Positions 1 to 8,295 of a stretch of 57,976 nt of DNA are shown here, one piece after another (the first letter of the stretch is position 1; each line of letters begins with the position of its first letter). Source of the stretch: a virus (lineage: Duplodnaviria > Caudoviricetes); IMG/VR virus record IMGVR_UViG_3300028878_000001, positions 1 to 57,976 of that record; one strand, given 5' to 3'. The position numbers and the translations under genes are program-made. The notes beneath the pieces were generated by a model that had not been told where the DNA came from, made no database searches, and saw only the letters and a program-made list of their open reading frames with translations.

Positions 1-270
1 GGCGGCTGGCGGAGGAGGTCCAGCCCGGCCCGACCCCCGCAGCAGCGCGCCACCCCGAACTGGCCGGCCCCGTTGTGGGGTGCCGCCAGGTTGGTGGGCG
101 CGCGCGAGCCCCAGCCGTCGCTGGGGGGCTTAGATGGTCGGGGATGGAACGAGGCGTGCCGCTCCGGACCGCCCACCAGCTGGCCTCGGGGCGGGTGGGC
201 CAAGGCTGGTGGGCGGCCGGAGAAGAGCGCGAGCGGCAGACCTAGGACAGACCGAGGTTCGGGGCCGGGG

Positions 271-756
271 TCAGTCCTGGGCGACGATGTTGGCGGAACG
301 CAGGGCGTTGATGGCCTGCACCAGGGCGGCTCGCAGCTCGGTGTCGACGGTGGCGCCGCCGGTTGGGCTGGCGATGAACGCGGCGTTGACCTGACACATG
401 GCGTCTTCGTCCCAGATGGCCGGGCCGACCTGGGGGCCGGTGCCGGCGATCACATTCGCGTTCCGCAGGGCGGCCAGGATGAGGCCGACAGCGGTGCGGC
501 TCTGGGAGTCGACGGTGGCGCCGCCGGTGGGGTCGGCGATGGCGGCGGCATGCACGTAGGCGAAGCTGTCCTGGTCGATGGCCAGCGGCCCCTTCATGGA
601 GGTGCCGCCGGTGACCAGCCCAGCGGAGCGCATGGCGGTGAGGGCGAGGGCGAACTGGGCGCGACCTTCAACGTCGGGGGTGCCGCCGGTGGCGTCGGTG
701 ACGGCGCCGTGGGCGTGGGTGAAACGGGTTCCATCCCAGGAGGAGGGCTGGCCCAT
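271..756 (-). CDS. Probable head fibre/decoration protein made of three internal repeats
   Basis: Three copies of a (A)I.DPTGGATVD.E.R.A....L.ALR.A..I unit; lies in the late operon downstream of the major capsid gene. Confidence 0.6.
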   Translation of the reverse strand: MGQPSSWDGTRFTHAHGAVTDATGGTPDVEGRAQFALALTAMRSAGLVTGGTSMKGPLAIDQDSFAYVHAAAIADPTGGATVDSQSRTAVGLILAALRNANVIAGTGPQVGPAIWDEDAMCQVNAAFIASPTGGATVDTELRAALVQAINALRSANIVAQD

Positions 757-767
757 GAGGGGGCTCC

Positions 768-1064
768 TTACTTGCCCTTGGCGGGCTTGGTCTTGGCGGG
801 GGCGGGCTTGGCCTTGGGGGCAGGCTTGGGCTTGGGCTGCGGGGGGGCAGGCTTGGGCTGGGTGGCAGCCGGGCGGGTGGTGCGGCGGGCGGTGGTCTCA
901 GGCGCCCCAGCGGCGGCGGTGGTCCGCACCGTGGGCAGCTCAACCCATTCCGCCCAGCCGTGCGCGACCCGCTCGTTGGGGTGGTCGATCAGAGCGGCGT
1001 CGACCACCTCGCCGCAACGGAAGGGATGGTTGGGGATCTCGCACAGCACACGCAGGGTGGCCAT
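768..1064 (-). CDS. Small virion-associated protein with Pro/Lys-rich tail (98 aa)
   Basis: ATG at 1064 behind GGAGG; MATLRVLCEIP...GWAEWVE then PKPKPAPKAKPAP; typical of genes following capsid genes. Confidence 0.6.
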   Translation of the reverse strand: MATLRVLCEIPNHPFRCGEVVDAALIDHPNERVAHGWAEWVELPTVRTTAAAGAPETTARRTTRPAATQPKPAPPQPKPKPAPKAKPAPAKTKPAKGK

Positions 1065-1138
1065 TGGTCCTCCAGAGAGAAGGGTTGGGCACCGTGACGA
1101 TGTGACGGTGCAACAGTGTTCACACTTGCGCCGGCCGG

Positions 1139-1480
1139 TCAGCCGGTGAGGTAGCGGGCGATCGAGAACGTCAACGACGGGGTGCCGCCGGTGATGGTCC
1201 AGACCAGCCGGTAGAACGGCGCCCGCATGGGGAAGGTCTTGAGCTTGGGGGTGGCGGTGGTGATGGCGGCGAACACGTCGGGGGTGTCGGTGCTGGCGAA
1301 GACGGTCCCGTCCATCGACCACTGGACCTCCAGCACCAGGTTCGGGGTGCCGGAGACGGCGGTGACATCGACCAGCAGCGACAGGTTGCTGGCCGGGTTG
1401 GACGCTCGGACCGGGTTGCTGTTGCCGGTGGTGGTCCGCGCGGCTGAGGCCACGACGGTCAGTGCGTCCTCGTAAGCCAT
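1139..1480 (-). CDS. Hypothetical structural protein, beta-rich, possible capsid decoration
   Basis: 113-aa ORF with AAGGAG RBS, first gene downstream of the major capsid gene; Thr/Val-rich beta-strand pattern. Confidence 0.65.
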   Translation of the reverse strand: MAYEDALTVVASAARTTTGNSNPVRASNPASNLSLLVDVTAVSGTPNLVLEVQWSMDGTVFASTDTPDVFAAITTATPKLKTFPMRAPFYRLVWTITGGTPSLTFSIARYLTG

Positions 1481-1625
1481 GGGTGCTCCTTGGGTTGGAC
1501 CCGGCCCCGCCAGCGGCCACGGGTGGGCCAGGCTGGCGGGGCTGGGGGTGGTGCAGGGGTGGTACGCTCCAGGTCCGCCTACGCGTGGCGGTGAAGCACC
1601 CGAAGCGCGCTCCGGAAGAGGTTCT

Positions 1626-1668
1626 GAACGTCCCAGCGGTCAGCGTTTGCCAGACCGCTGGGACGTTC
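1626..1668 (-). terminator. Strong hairpin just after the capsid stop codon (terminator, attenuator or mRNA stabiliser)
   Basis: Perfect 16-bp inverted repeat GAACGTCCCAGCGGTC (1626-1641) / GACCGCTGGGACGTTC (1653-1668); no clear U-tract. Confidence 0.55.
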
Positions 1669-1683
1669 GGCTTCCGGGGTGGA

Positions 1684-2988
1684 TCAGGAGGCCGAGTTGG
1701 CGTAGAGCTTGGCGGCCTGGAGGTCGTCGACGACTCCGCCGAAGCGGGCGAAGCCGAGGAAACCAACCTGGAGGTTGGCCGCGTACAGCTCGTTCAGCCG
1801 CAGCGTCGAGGCGCCCCGAACCCGGCGGATGACATAGGCCGAAGCCCAGTCCCCAAAGCCGATGCTCTTGGCGTTGGCGCCCATGGCCGGCATGTCCTGG
1901 TTCACGACCACGTCGTAGCCGAGCAGGTTGTCCGGCGACCCAGCGGTCAGGCTGGGCTCCCACAGCGGGTGGCCCTGGTTGTCCTTCAGCTTGCGGACAA
2001 CCTTGAGCGAGCTGTCGGCGAGCATGAACGCGCAACCGGGGGCCCGATACGCCGGGTCCACGCTGTGGATCAGGTCGATCAGGTCGTCGTAGGTCACGGT
2101 CAGGGTCTGGCCGGTGGCGCCGGTCTTGCCGGTGGACAGGCCACCAGAGGCGGCGGTGATCCCGGCCGGCTGGCCGGTGCCGGTGCCGGCGGTGAGGTGG
2201 TTGTTGACGATGCGGCCGATGCGGATGGCCTGCTTCTTGGGCAGCCAGCTTCCGAGGTCGAAGGCGTTGTCCTGCAGCAGCTGCAGCGACACCTTGATGA
2301 TCTTGGAGCTGTACAGGAAGGTCGGCAGGGTCCGGGTCCCGAAGGGGGTGGACGCGTCGATGTTGTGCGCGGCGGCCTGGGTGATGATCTCGCCCGAGAC
2401 GCCGGTGTCGTCGGCGGTTGGCCACTCAAGGCTTTCGCCGTCGTCGGTGTCGATGATCGTCGCCACCGAGAACATGCCCCCGAACGCCTTCATGACGTCG
2501 GTGAGCCGCTGCAACCAGCCCGGCGGCACGATGTAGCCGCCGATGTTGTCGGTCGAGGTGATCAGGCCGTCACGGAACTCCTTGTCGAGCGTGGAGCGGT
2601 GCTCTGAGGGGAGCCGGTCGTAGCCGGAGCGCAGGTACAGGTCGAACGCCTTCTCGTAGGCGTACTGGCCGGCGAAGTCGCCCGAGCGGGCGGTCTGGAG
2701 CGCGCTGGCGGTGGCGGCGGTCCCGGCGGGGCCGTCGGGGGTGGCCGGGTGGGCCTCACGGCGGGTCGACACGACGGGGCCGTCGGCGCTGTCGAGCTCG
2801 CCGGCGTACAGGTCGCCGGTCTCGTGGATCTTGATGCTGCGGCCAACCACATCGAGGTCCGCTTCCATCTTGGTCCAGGCGGTCTCTTCCTCGCCGGACA
2901 TGGTGCGGTCTTCGGTGGCGGCCAGGAGGGCCTTCATGCTCTCCCAGATCTGCGCGCGCTTGGCGTACAGGGCGTTGCTTGCGGCCAT
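1684..2988 (-). CDS. Major capsid protein, HK97 family
   Basis: 434 aa; N-terminal delta-like coiled coil, GGYIVP, VSLQLLQD, GTGTGQPAGI, LKDNQGHPLW, LLGYDV, IGFGDW, VGFLGFARFGG. Confidence 0.96.
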   Translation of the reverse strand: MAASNALYAKRAQIWESMKALLAATEDRTMSGEEETAWTKMEADLDVVGRSIKIHETGDLYAGELDSADGPVVSTRREAHPATPDGPAGTAATASALQTARSGDFAGQYAYEKAFDLYLRSGYDRLPSEHRSTLDKEFRDGLITSTDNIGGYIVPPGWLQRLTDVMKAFGGMFSVATIIDTDDGESLEWPTADDTGVSGEIITQAAAHNIDASTPFGTRTLPTFLYSSKIIKVSLQLLQDNAFDLGSWLPKKQAIRIGRIVNNHLTAGTGTGQPAGITAASGGLSTGKTGATGQTLTVTYDDLIDLIHSVDPAYRAPGCAFMLADSSLKVVRKLKDNQGHPLWEPSLTAGSPDNLLGYDVVVNQDMPAMGANAKSIGFGDWASAYVIRRVRGASTLRLNELYAANLQVGFLGFARFGGVVDDLQAAKLYANSAS

Positions 2989-3164
2989 GGGAATGGCTCC
3001 ATTTCGGCTTGTGCCGTGCGGAGCCCGAAGTGACGTGACAGCCGGCCGGCCAGGTGCCCATTGGGCGGCGTGGCGGGTGGCGCTCGATGTCGGCGCGGGG
3101 CGGTGCAGGGTCGGCGGGTTTGCGGGGGGAAGTCGATTACCGAATCAGTAATCCGGTGATCGGG

Positions 3165-4124
3165 TCAGGCGGCGGCAGGGGTGCCCACGGGGGCGGGCGG
3201 CACCTGCGTGAGGGCCTTGGTGCAGGGCGGGCACTTGGCCCGGCTGGTGCCGGTGTGGTCGCCGCGGGAGTGGGCCAGCAGCAGCACATACAGCGGCTGG
3301 TCGTCATCGCCGGCGGGAGTGTCGGCGGTTGGGGGCGAGGTGGCCGCGGGGGTGGCCGGCGTCGCCGGGTTGGTGGGATCGTCACCACGATCACCAGACG
3401 CACCAGCGGTGGTGGGCGTGGTGGGCGTGGGGTCGGTGGCGGCGGGGGCCGGGGCGGGGGCCGCACCAGGATCACCAGACGCACCAGCGGTGGTGGGCGT
3501 GGTGTTCTTGGTGCGAGAGGGGCGGCCGGCAGGGTCCGGGGTGGTGCGGCGGTCGCGGAGCTCACGGGCCATCGTCATGGCGGCCAGGCCACAGTCGGTG
3601 TCCTCATAGGCCGGATAGGTCACGCTGGACACGTCGAACAGCTCGACCTCCTGGAGGGTGCGCCGTTCGATCACCACACCAGGTTCGGTTTCGATCTCCT
3701 CCCACAGCTCACGGACAACCCGGAACCCGAAGCTCATCTGGCTCATATCGCCACGCTCCAGCGACACGGCCAGGTCCTGGCCGTAGCTGGTCGCGGCGAG
3801 CTGGGCGTCGACGGCCAGGCCGATCTTGTCCTCGGCCAGGGTCATGGTCCCGGCGGTGGTGCGGGCCAGGATCAGGTTGGGGTCGTGGTTGATCAGGAAC
3901 CGCACGTCGGACTCGCCGATGGTCTTGGCGAACGCACCCCGGGCGATGACCTCCTGGAAGCCCCACTTGGGGGGGCCGATCCAGGTTGGCGACTCGAAGA
4001 TGGCGGCGTGGCCGGTGAAGCGGATCTCGGTGTCGCCGTCGTCGGTGGTGGCGCGGACGGTGGCGGGGGTTCGGACTCGGCGCACCTCGATAGCGGTCAG
4101 GTCGCGCAGTCTTGGGTTGGCCAT
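3165..4124 (-). CDS. HK97-type prohead maturation protease with low-complexity C-terminal extension
   Basis: FTGHAAIF, FQEVIARGAF, FLINHDPN.ILART, MSFGF, ELFDVSSVTYPAY; between portal and capsid; start may be 4124 or 4136. Confidence 0.95.
   Translation of the reverse strand: MANPRLRDLTAIEVRRVRTPATVRATTDDGDTEIRFTGHAAIFESPTWIGPPKWGFQEVIARGAFAKTIGESDVRFLINHDPNLILARTTAGTMTLAEDKIGLAVDAQLAATSYGQDLAVSLERGDMSQMSFGFRVVRELWEEIETEPGVVIERRTLQEVELFDVSSVTYPAYEDTDCGLAAMTMARELRDRRTTPDPAGRPSRTKNTTPTTAGASGDPGAAPAPAPAATDPTPTTPTTAGASGDRGDDPTNPATPATPAATSPPTADTPAGDDDQPLYVLLLAHSRGDHTGTSRAKCPPCTKALTQVPPAPVGTPAAA
3389..3504. repeat. 35-bp direct repeat inside the protease tail
   Basis: GATCACCAGACGCACCAGCGGTGGTGGGCGTGGTG at 3389-3423 and 3470-3504; encodes TTPTTAGASGD twice. 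Confidence 0.9.
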
Positions 4125-4172
4125 GGGGGAATGCACCTCAGCGGAGGAGAGGGGAGCGCGGGGGGCGCGGGG

Positions 4173-4415
4173 TCAGGCGAGGGGGGTGTAGGGGTGGCCG
4201 ACCGGAAGCACCCACGACAGCCGGGCGGCGAGGGCCTCGGTGCGGGCCAGGGCCCGGTCGGCAGGTGGCGGCAGATCTGCGACCAGCAGCGCCACCGCGG
4301 TGTCGTGGTAGGTGTGGTCGCGGCGGTGGGTGGCGTCGTCGATGGTTCGGCCCACGTCGAAGCCGTGGGCTTGCTGGAGGTGTTCGGCGAGCGACCCGCG
4401 CTCAGGCCAGCGCAT
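4173..4415 (-). CDS. Hypothetical His-rich protein (80 aa)
   Basis: Fills the gap between portal and protease in the same orientation; HLQQAHG..H...H..H. Confidence 0.55.
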   Translation of the reverse strand: MRWPERGSLAEHLQQAHGFDVGRTIDDATHRRDHTYHDTAVALLVADLPPPADRALARTEALAARLSWVLPVGHPYTPLA

Positions 4416-4421
4416 CCGGGG

Positions 4422-5744
4422 TCACGCGGGGGGTTCGGGCTCAGCGCCAGCCGGCGGCTTGGGGGCGGCGGCCGGCGGGCGGGGGGCGGGTTTGGCGGTG
4501 GTGGAGAACGGCACCATCGCCCCTTGCATCAGCAGCTTGTCGCCACCGGGCACCGGGGGGCGGCCTTCGAGCTGGCGGGCCTCATTCACGGTCAAGATCG
4601 ACCCGGCGATGGCTTTGCTGTAGGCGTCGAACCGGCTGGGGGCGTCGCCGCGGAGCAGGTCGGTGAAGTCGATGCGGGCGAGCTGCCCGCGGGGGAGCAG
4701 CTCGTTGGAGACGACCTGCTCGACCCGGGTGGCGGGGGAGCGGAGGGTGTAGGCAACGAACGCCAGCATCTGCTGCTCGATCCCCGTGCCCCACGAGCTC
4801 GAGACCTCCACGTCGCCGAGGAGATGGGGGGGGATGCCGTACAACCGCGCGACTTCGGTGACCCCGAATTTGCGGGACTCGATGAACTGGGCGTCGTTGG
4901 GGGGCAGCGAGGTGGGGACGTATTTGGCGCCGTTGTCCAACACCGCGATCTCATGCGCATGGCTGAGCCCGGCGACCTTGGCCATCCACCGTTCCTTGAG
5001 GGCTTTGGCGTCGTCCTCTTCCAGGTCCGCGTCGGTCTGCAACACCCCACCAAGCAGGGAGCCGGACCCGAAGAGGCGGGCGCCGTACTCCTCAGCAGCC
5101 ACCGCCAGCCCGAGGGCCTGGCGGGCGCAGCCGATGGGGGAGAGGCCACGCTCCATCGAGCTGCCGAAGCCGCGGACATGGAGGACGTCTTGGGGGCCGG
5201 CGAGCTGCTGGTGGCCGCTGTCGTCCAGGATCCCGAAGATTTTGCCGGCGGGACCACCCAGGCCGGTGCGGGAAGGTTTGACGAGCTGGGGGTCGACCCG
5301 CCACGGCACGAGGCGTTCGAGGCGGACAATGTCGGTGCGGACCACGCTGGGGACTTTGACGGCGTAGGCGTTGCCCCAGGAGAACAGGTCCATGTAGAGC
5401 TGTTCCCACAGCACCATCGCCGGGTCGGAGCCGGGGTAGGGGATGGAGCTGATGGGGTCGCGGCCGGCGGGGAAGTCCAGCAGCAGTGAGGCGACCGGGA
5501 CGGGGGCGCCGTCTTCGATCCGGTAGGCCCGCAGCGGCAACGACGCCAGCGTCCCGGCCAGGAGGCTGAGGGCGCGGAACACCGCGATCGACTGGACGGC
5601 GTTGTCGACGGTGACGGTGGGGCCGGCGACGGTGCGGCCCGACCCGCCCATCAGGGCATGGGGGACGGTCTGCCAGCCGTAGAGGTTGTCGGTGCGGCGG
5701 TCGCGGCCGAGCAGGGCGTCGGTGAGGGCGCGGAGGACAGGCAT
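4422..5744 (-). CDS. Portal protein, HK97 family
   Basis: 440 aa; LASLPL, WGNAY, DVLHVRG, GLSPI, DAQFIESRKF...VARLYGIPPHLLG, LLRGD, LTVNEARQLEG.PP.PGGD. Confidence 0.96.
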   Translation of the reverse strand: MPVLRALTDALLGRDRRTDNLYGWQTVPHALMGGSGRTVAGPTVTVDNAVQSIAVFRALSLLAGTLASLPLRAYRIEDGAPVPVASLLLDFPAGRDPISSIPYPGSDPAMVLWEQLYMDLFSWGNAYAVKVPSVVRTDIVRLERLVPWRVDPQLVKPSRTGLGGPAGKIFGILDDSGHQQLAGPQDVLHVRGFGSSMERGLSPIGCARQALGLAVAAEEYGARLFGSGSLLGGVLQTDADLEEDDAKALKERWMAKVAGLSHAHEIAVLDNGAKYVPTSLPPNDAQFIESRKFGVTEVARLYGIPPHLLGDVEVSSSWGTGIEQQMLAFVAYTLRSPATRVEQVVSNELLPRGQLARIDFTDLLRGDAPSRFDAYSKAIAGSILTVNEARQLEGRPPVPGGDKLLMQGAMVPFSTTAKPAPRPPAAAPKPPAGAEPEPPA

Positions 5745-5750
5745 GGGGGG

Positions 5751-6014
5751 TTAGGACCTCAGATCAGCGAGCGTGGCTTCGGCGGCGTCGAACAAGGCGT
5801 CCTCGTCGACGTCGGTGCCGTACCGCCACGGCTCTGTGCCGTCGCCGTCAAGCTGCCATCCGACCGGGTTGCCGGCGTCGTTGTAGACCAGCCCGAGGGC
5901 GTAGCCGCGGGGATGCAGCACCGCCCGGTTGATCAGCCACAACAGGCCGGAGTCGCGCAGCTCACCGAACGGGCGGGGCGGCAGGCCGGCGGGCAGGTCG
6001 GGGAGCAACACCAT
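5751..6014 (-). CDS. Conserved small phage protein (87 aa)
   Basis: ATG overlaps the upstream stop; ELRDSGLLWLINRAVLHPRGYAL resembles a recurrent phage hypothetical family. Confidence 0.65.
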   Translation of the reverse strand: MVLLPDLPAGLPPRPFGELRDSGLLWLINRAVLHPRGYALGLVYNDAGNPVGWQLDGDGTEPWRYGTDVDEDALFDAAEATLADLRS

Positions 6015-6223
6015 CAGGTGCGGCGGGTGCGGAAGTTGGCCGCCACCAGCAGCATGAGCCCGGCCAACCCGACCGCCAGACGCGGCTCGTACAGGCCCAC
6101 ACACACACAGATGAGGGCGGCGCCGGTCAGCTCCACCGTCGGCCACAAGAGGTTGCGGGCGGTGCGGACCGGCCCTGCCAGCAGCCGCCGAAGCTCGGCG
6201 AAGTAGGTGACGAAGGGGCGCAT
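6014..6223 (-). CDS. Small membrane protein upstream of portal (69 aa)
   Basis: Two short hydrophobic segments (LTGAALICVCVGLY, LAVGLAGLMLLVAA); such genes commonly precede HK97 portals. Confidence 0.65.
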   Translation of the reverse strand: MRPFVTYFAELRRLLAGPVRTARNLLWPTVELTGAALICVCVGLYEPRLAVGLAGLMLLVAANFRTRRT

Positions 6224-6300
6224 GGGGGAACTGGCCTCGCAAACGGGGTAGGCTGCCAGGCGCACAGCAGACCGAGGGGGGGAAAGAAGGAGGAGGACGC

Positions 6301-6576
6301 ATGCCAGGTGGACGACTGCAGCCCGGGACGTTCCGGGCCGACGCCATCCAGGGCGACCCCACCGAGTACCTGCGCACCGCGGACACCAGCGGGGCCCCGA
6401 CGATCCTGGTGCTGCCGGGATCGCAGGGCCAGCGCGGCGGTGGCGGTGGGGTGGCGGGCGCGCAGGGGGTGGTGCTGTACCACGACAACGCCGGCGAGAG
6501 CGACTGGTGGACCCGGCTCACCGAGGCCTGCCAGGCCGGCGCGATGATCGAGGCCAGCTTCACCATCAAGAGCTGA
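6301..6576 (+). CDS. Hypothetical protein (91 aa)
   Basis: Strong AAGGAGGAGG RBS before the ATG; first gene of the plus-strand cassette. Confidence 0.65.
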   Translation: MPGGRLQPGTFRADAIQGDPTEYLRTADTSGAPTILVLPGSQGQRGGGGGVAGAQGVVLYHDNAGESDWWTRLTEACQAGAMIEASFTIKS

Positions 6577-6602
6577 CCGCCCAAGCGGGCGATGATCCGG
6601 TG

Positions 6603-6628
6603 GCTGGCCGCCCCGCGGGGCGGCCAGC
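6603..6628. promoter_or_regulatory. 26-bp perfect palindrome upstream of the HU gene
   Basis: GCTGGCCGCCCCG/CGGGGCGGCCAGC, intergenic. Confidence 0.5.
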
Positions 6629-6646
6629 ACCACAAGGGAGGCCGAG

Positions 6647-7204
6647 TTGAATCAGCAGGAACTGGCAACACAGATCGTGGCTCGGGCCCGCCAGGCCGGG
6701 TATGAGATCCCGGTGGAGGTGGTGACCCGAGGGCTGCTGCCGGCGTTCGAGGGCGCCACCGCAGCCGAGATCAAGCGGGGCGGCAAGGTGACCTTGCAGG
6801 GGTTCGGGACCTTCGAGCGTCGCGAACGCAAGGCACGGGTTGCCCGCAACCCCCGTTCGGGGGAGGCGATCAAGGTCAAGGCAACCAAGATCCCTGCGTT
6901 CAAGGTGTCGGCGCCGCTCAAGATCTATGTGGCTGGTGGCAAGTCGACCAGCACCCGCGCTCCGGCGTGGATGGGGATGACCGCGACGCCACGTGGTCGG
7001 GCGGCGGCAACATCGGCGACCCGCGCGACCAGCAGCAGCGGCCGCGGGACCAGCGCAACCCGGACCAGGACGTCGTCGTCCAAGTCGGGGTCGGGTCGGG
7101 GGCCGGGGCCGGTCAAGCGTTCAGCTCGGGCCGCATCCAGCACCCCCAGCTCCAGCTCCAGGTCGTCCAGGTCGTCGGGGTCCAGGCAGAGCCGACGCAG
7201 CTAG
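6647..7204 (+). CDS. hup: HU/IHF-family DNA-binding protein with Arg/Ser/Thr-rich C-terminal tail
   Basis: MNQQELA, GGKVTLQGFGTFERRERKARVARNPRSGEAIKVKATKIPAFK; TTG start with GGGAGG RBS. Confidence 0.92.
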   Translation: MNQQELATQIVARARQAGYEIPVEVVTRGLLPAFEGATAAEIKRGGKVTLQGFGTFERRERKARVARNPRSGEAIKVKATKIPAFKVSAPLKIYVAGGKSTSTRAPAWMGMTATPRGRAAATSATRATSSSGRGTSATRTRTSSSKSGSGRGPGPVKRSARAASSTPSSSSRSSRSSGSRQSRRS

Positions 7205-7337
7205 GCGAGGTGTTGCCCGGCTGCTACCGTCGACCCGGAAGGGTGGTGACCGAACATGCCCAGATGGTTGGTGGAGCACTACCCGTGGGTGACGACGGGA
7301 GCCATGGCGATGGTGGCGGCCGCGGCCGGGCAGCTTC

Positions 7338-7625
7338 TTGGCCGTGGAGGGAACGACGTTGACGCTGATCGAACCGGACCCGGGAACCAACACCGACGCA
7401 CTGCTGACCGGGTGTGAGGTGGCCGGCTGCGGCCGGCCTGTTGCGGGCCTGTTGGAGGTGGAGGTCAGCCGCCCCGGGATCACCTTGACCGACCGGGCCA
7501 GGCTGCATCAGATCGGGTTGTGCTTTGAGGACATGGACCGGATGGCGCAGCGGCCGCCGGTCCTGTCGAGCCGCTACCAGCAGGCCGAAGGTGGCCCATG
7601 GCAGCGGCGACGCAGCTACCGATGA
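7338..7625 (+). CDS. Hypothetical protein with possible Zn-binding Cys
   Basis: CEVAGC...LCFED; co-oriented with neighbours; start uncertain. Confidence 0.45.
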   Translation: MAVEGTTLTLIEPDPGTNTDALLTGCEVAGCGRPVAGLLEVEVSRPGITLTDRARLHQIGLCFEDMDRMAQRPPVLSSRYQQAEGGPWQRRRSYR

Positions 7626-7903
7626 CCGCGCCGGTCGCCGCGACGATCGGGGCGGGCATGGTGGCCTGCACCGAAATGGTGCTGGGGGTGGATGGGCGCT
7701 GGTATCGGGGGTTCGCCGGCGCGGTGGAGATCATCGACGCGGCCGCGGCGTTGGGGATCACCCCAGGCCGCAACGACCAGTCCTGGTATGCGCGGGTCAG
7801 CGGCAACAGCGGGATCGTCTATGTGCCCGGCTGCAAGGTCGCGGCCGTGTTCGATCTGCTGGGGGCTGGGGGCGCTGGGGTCGGTGACGTGCTGGCGTTG
7901 TGA
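7598..7903 (+). CDS. Hypothetical protein (101 aa)
   Basis: Globular composition; GTGA overlap with the next gene. Confidence 0.55.
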   Translation: MAAATQLPMTAPVAATIGAGMVACTEMVLGVDGRWYRGFAGAVEIIDAAAALGITPGRNDQSWYARVSGNSGIVYVPGCKVAAVFDLLGAGGAGVGDVLAL

Positions 7904-8178
7904 GTGCCCAGCGGTTGAGCGCCAAGACCCTCCGCAGGGTCCAGGCCAAGCTCGGCATCCAACACCTGGAGGCGGCCTGGACCGCCACCGGAGGGGTCCA
8001 TCGCCTCGACGGGCGGGTGGTGTACCCCGACGGGTCGCATCGGCATCTGGTGATCGACCGGCATGGCGGCTGGGGGGGCGACTGGAGCTGGCGGTGGGTG
8101 CCGAACGACGGGGTCATCCACCGTTCGAGCTGTCCCAAACCGGAGGCTGAGGTGGAGGTCGCCGGCGGCCGGCTTTAG
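7900..8178 (+). CDS. Hypothetical protein (92 aa)
   Basis: Translationally coupled to the previous ORF; Trp/His-rich. Confidence 0.5.
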   Translation: MSAQRLSAKTLRRVQAKLGIQHLEAAWTATGGVHRLDGRVVYPDGSHRHLVIDRHGGWGGDWSWRWVPNDGVIHRSSCPKPEAEVEVAGGRL

Positions 8179-8295
8179 CATGAGGGGGCTGGCTCACAGC
8201 AGCCGAGTGGGCGGCGGGGCGCGACAAGGTACGCATCCCCCGTCGCCTTCGGCTTACAGTCTCCGGTGCGGTGGTCGAAGCGGTCGCGGCGGGAC

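Noticed and set aside
192-201. GGCCCACCCG in late hairpins matching the start-associated motif
   Set aside because: A GC-rich 10-mer that also occurs inside coding regions (near 2747 and 23484); compatible with chance.
1065-1766. N-terminal 234 aa of track ORF 768-1766 as a capsid frameshift extension
   Set aside because: It crosses two strong hairpins and overlaps gene 1139-1480 in another frame; no slippery site was seen and a good RBS exists at 1064.
3054-5489. 811-aa plus-strand ORF and similar long ORFs (23487-25904, 20710-22476, 49996-51552)
   Set aside because: Antisense shadows of well-supported minus-strand genes; stop codons are rare in high-GC DNA and the translations lack motifs.
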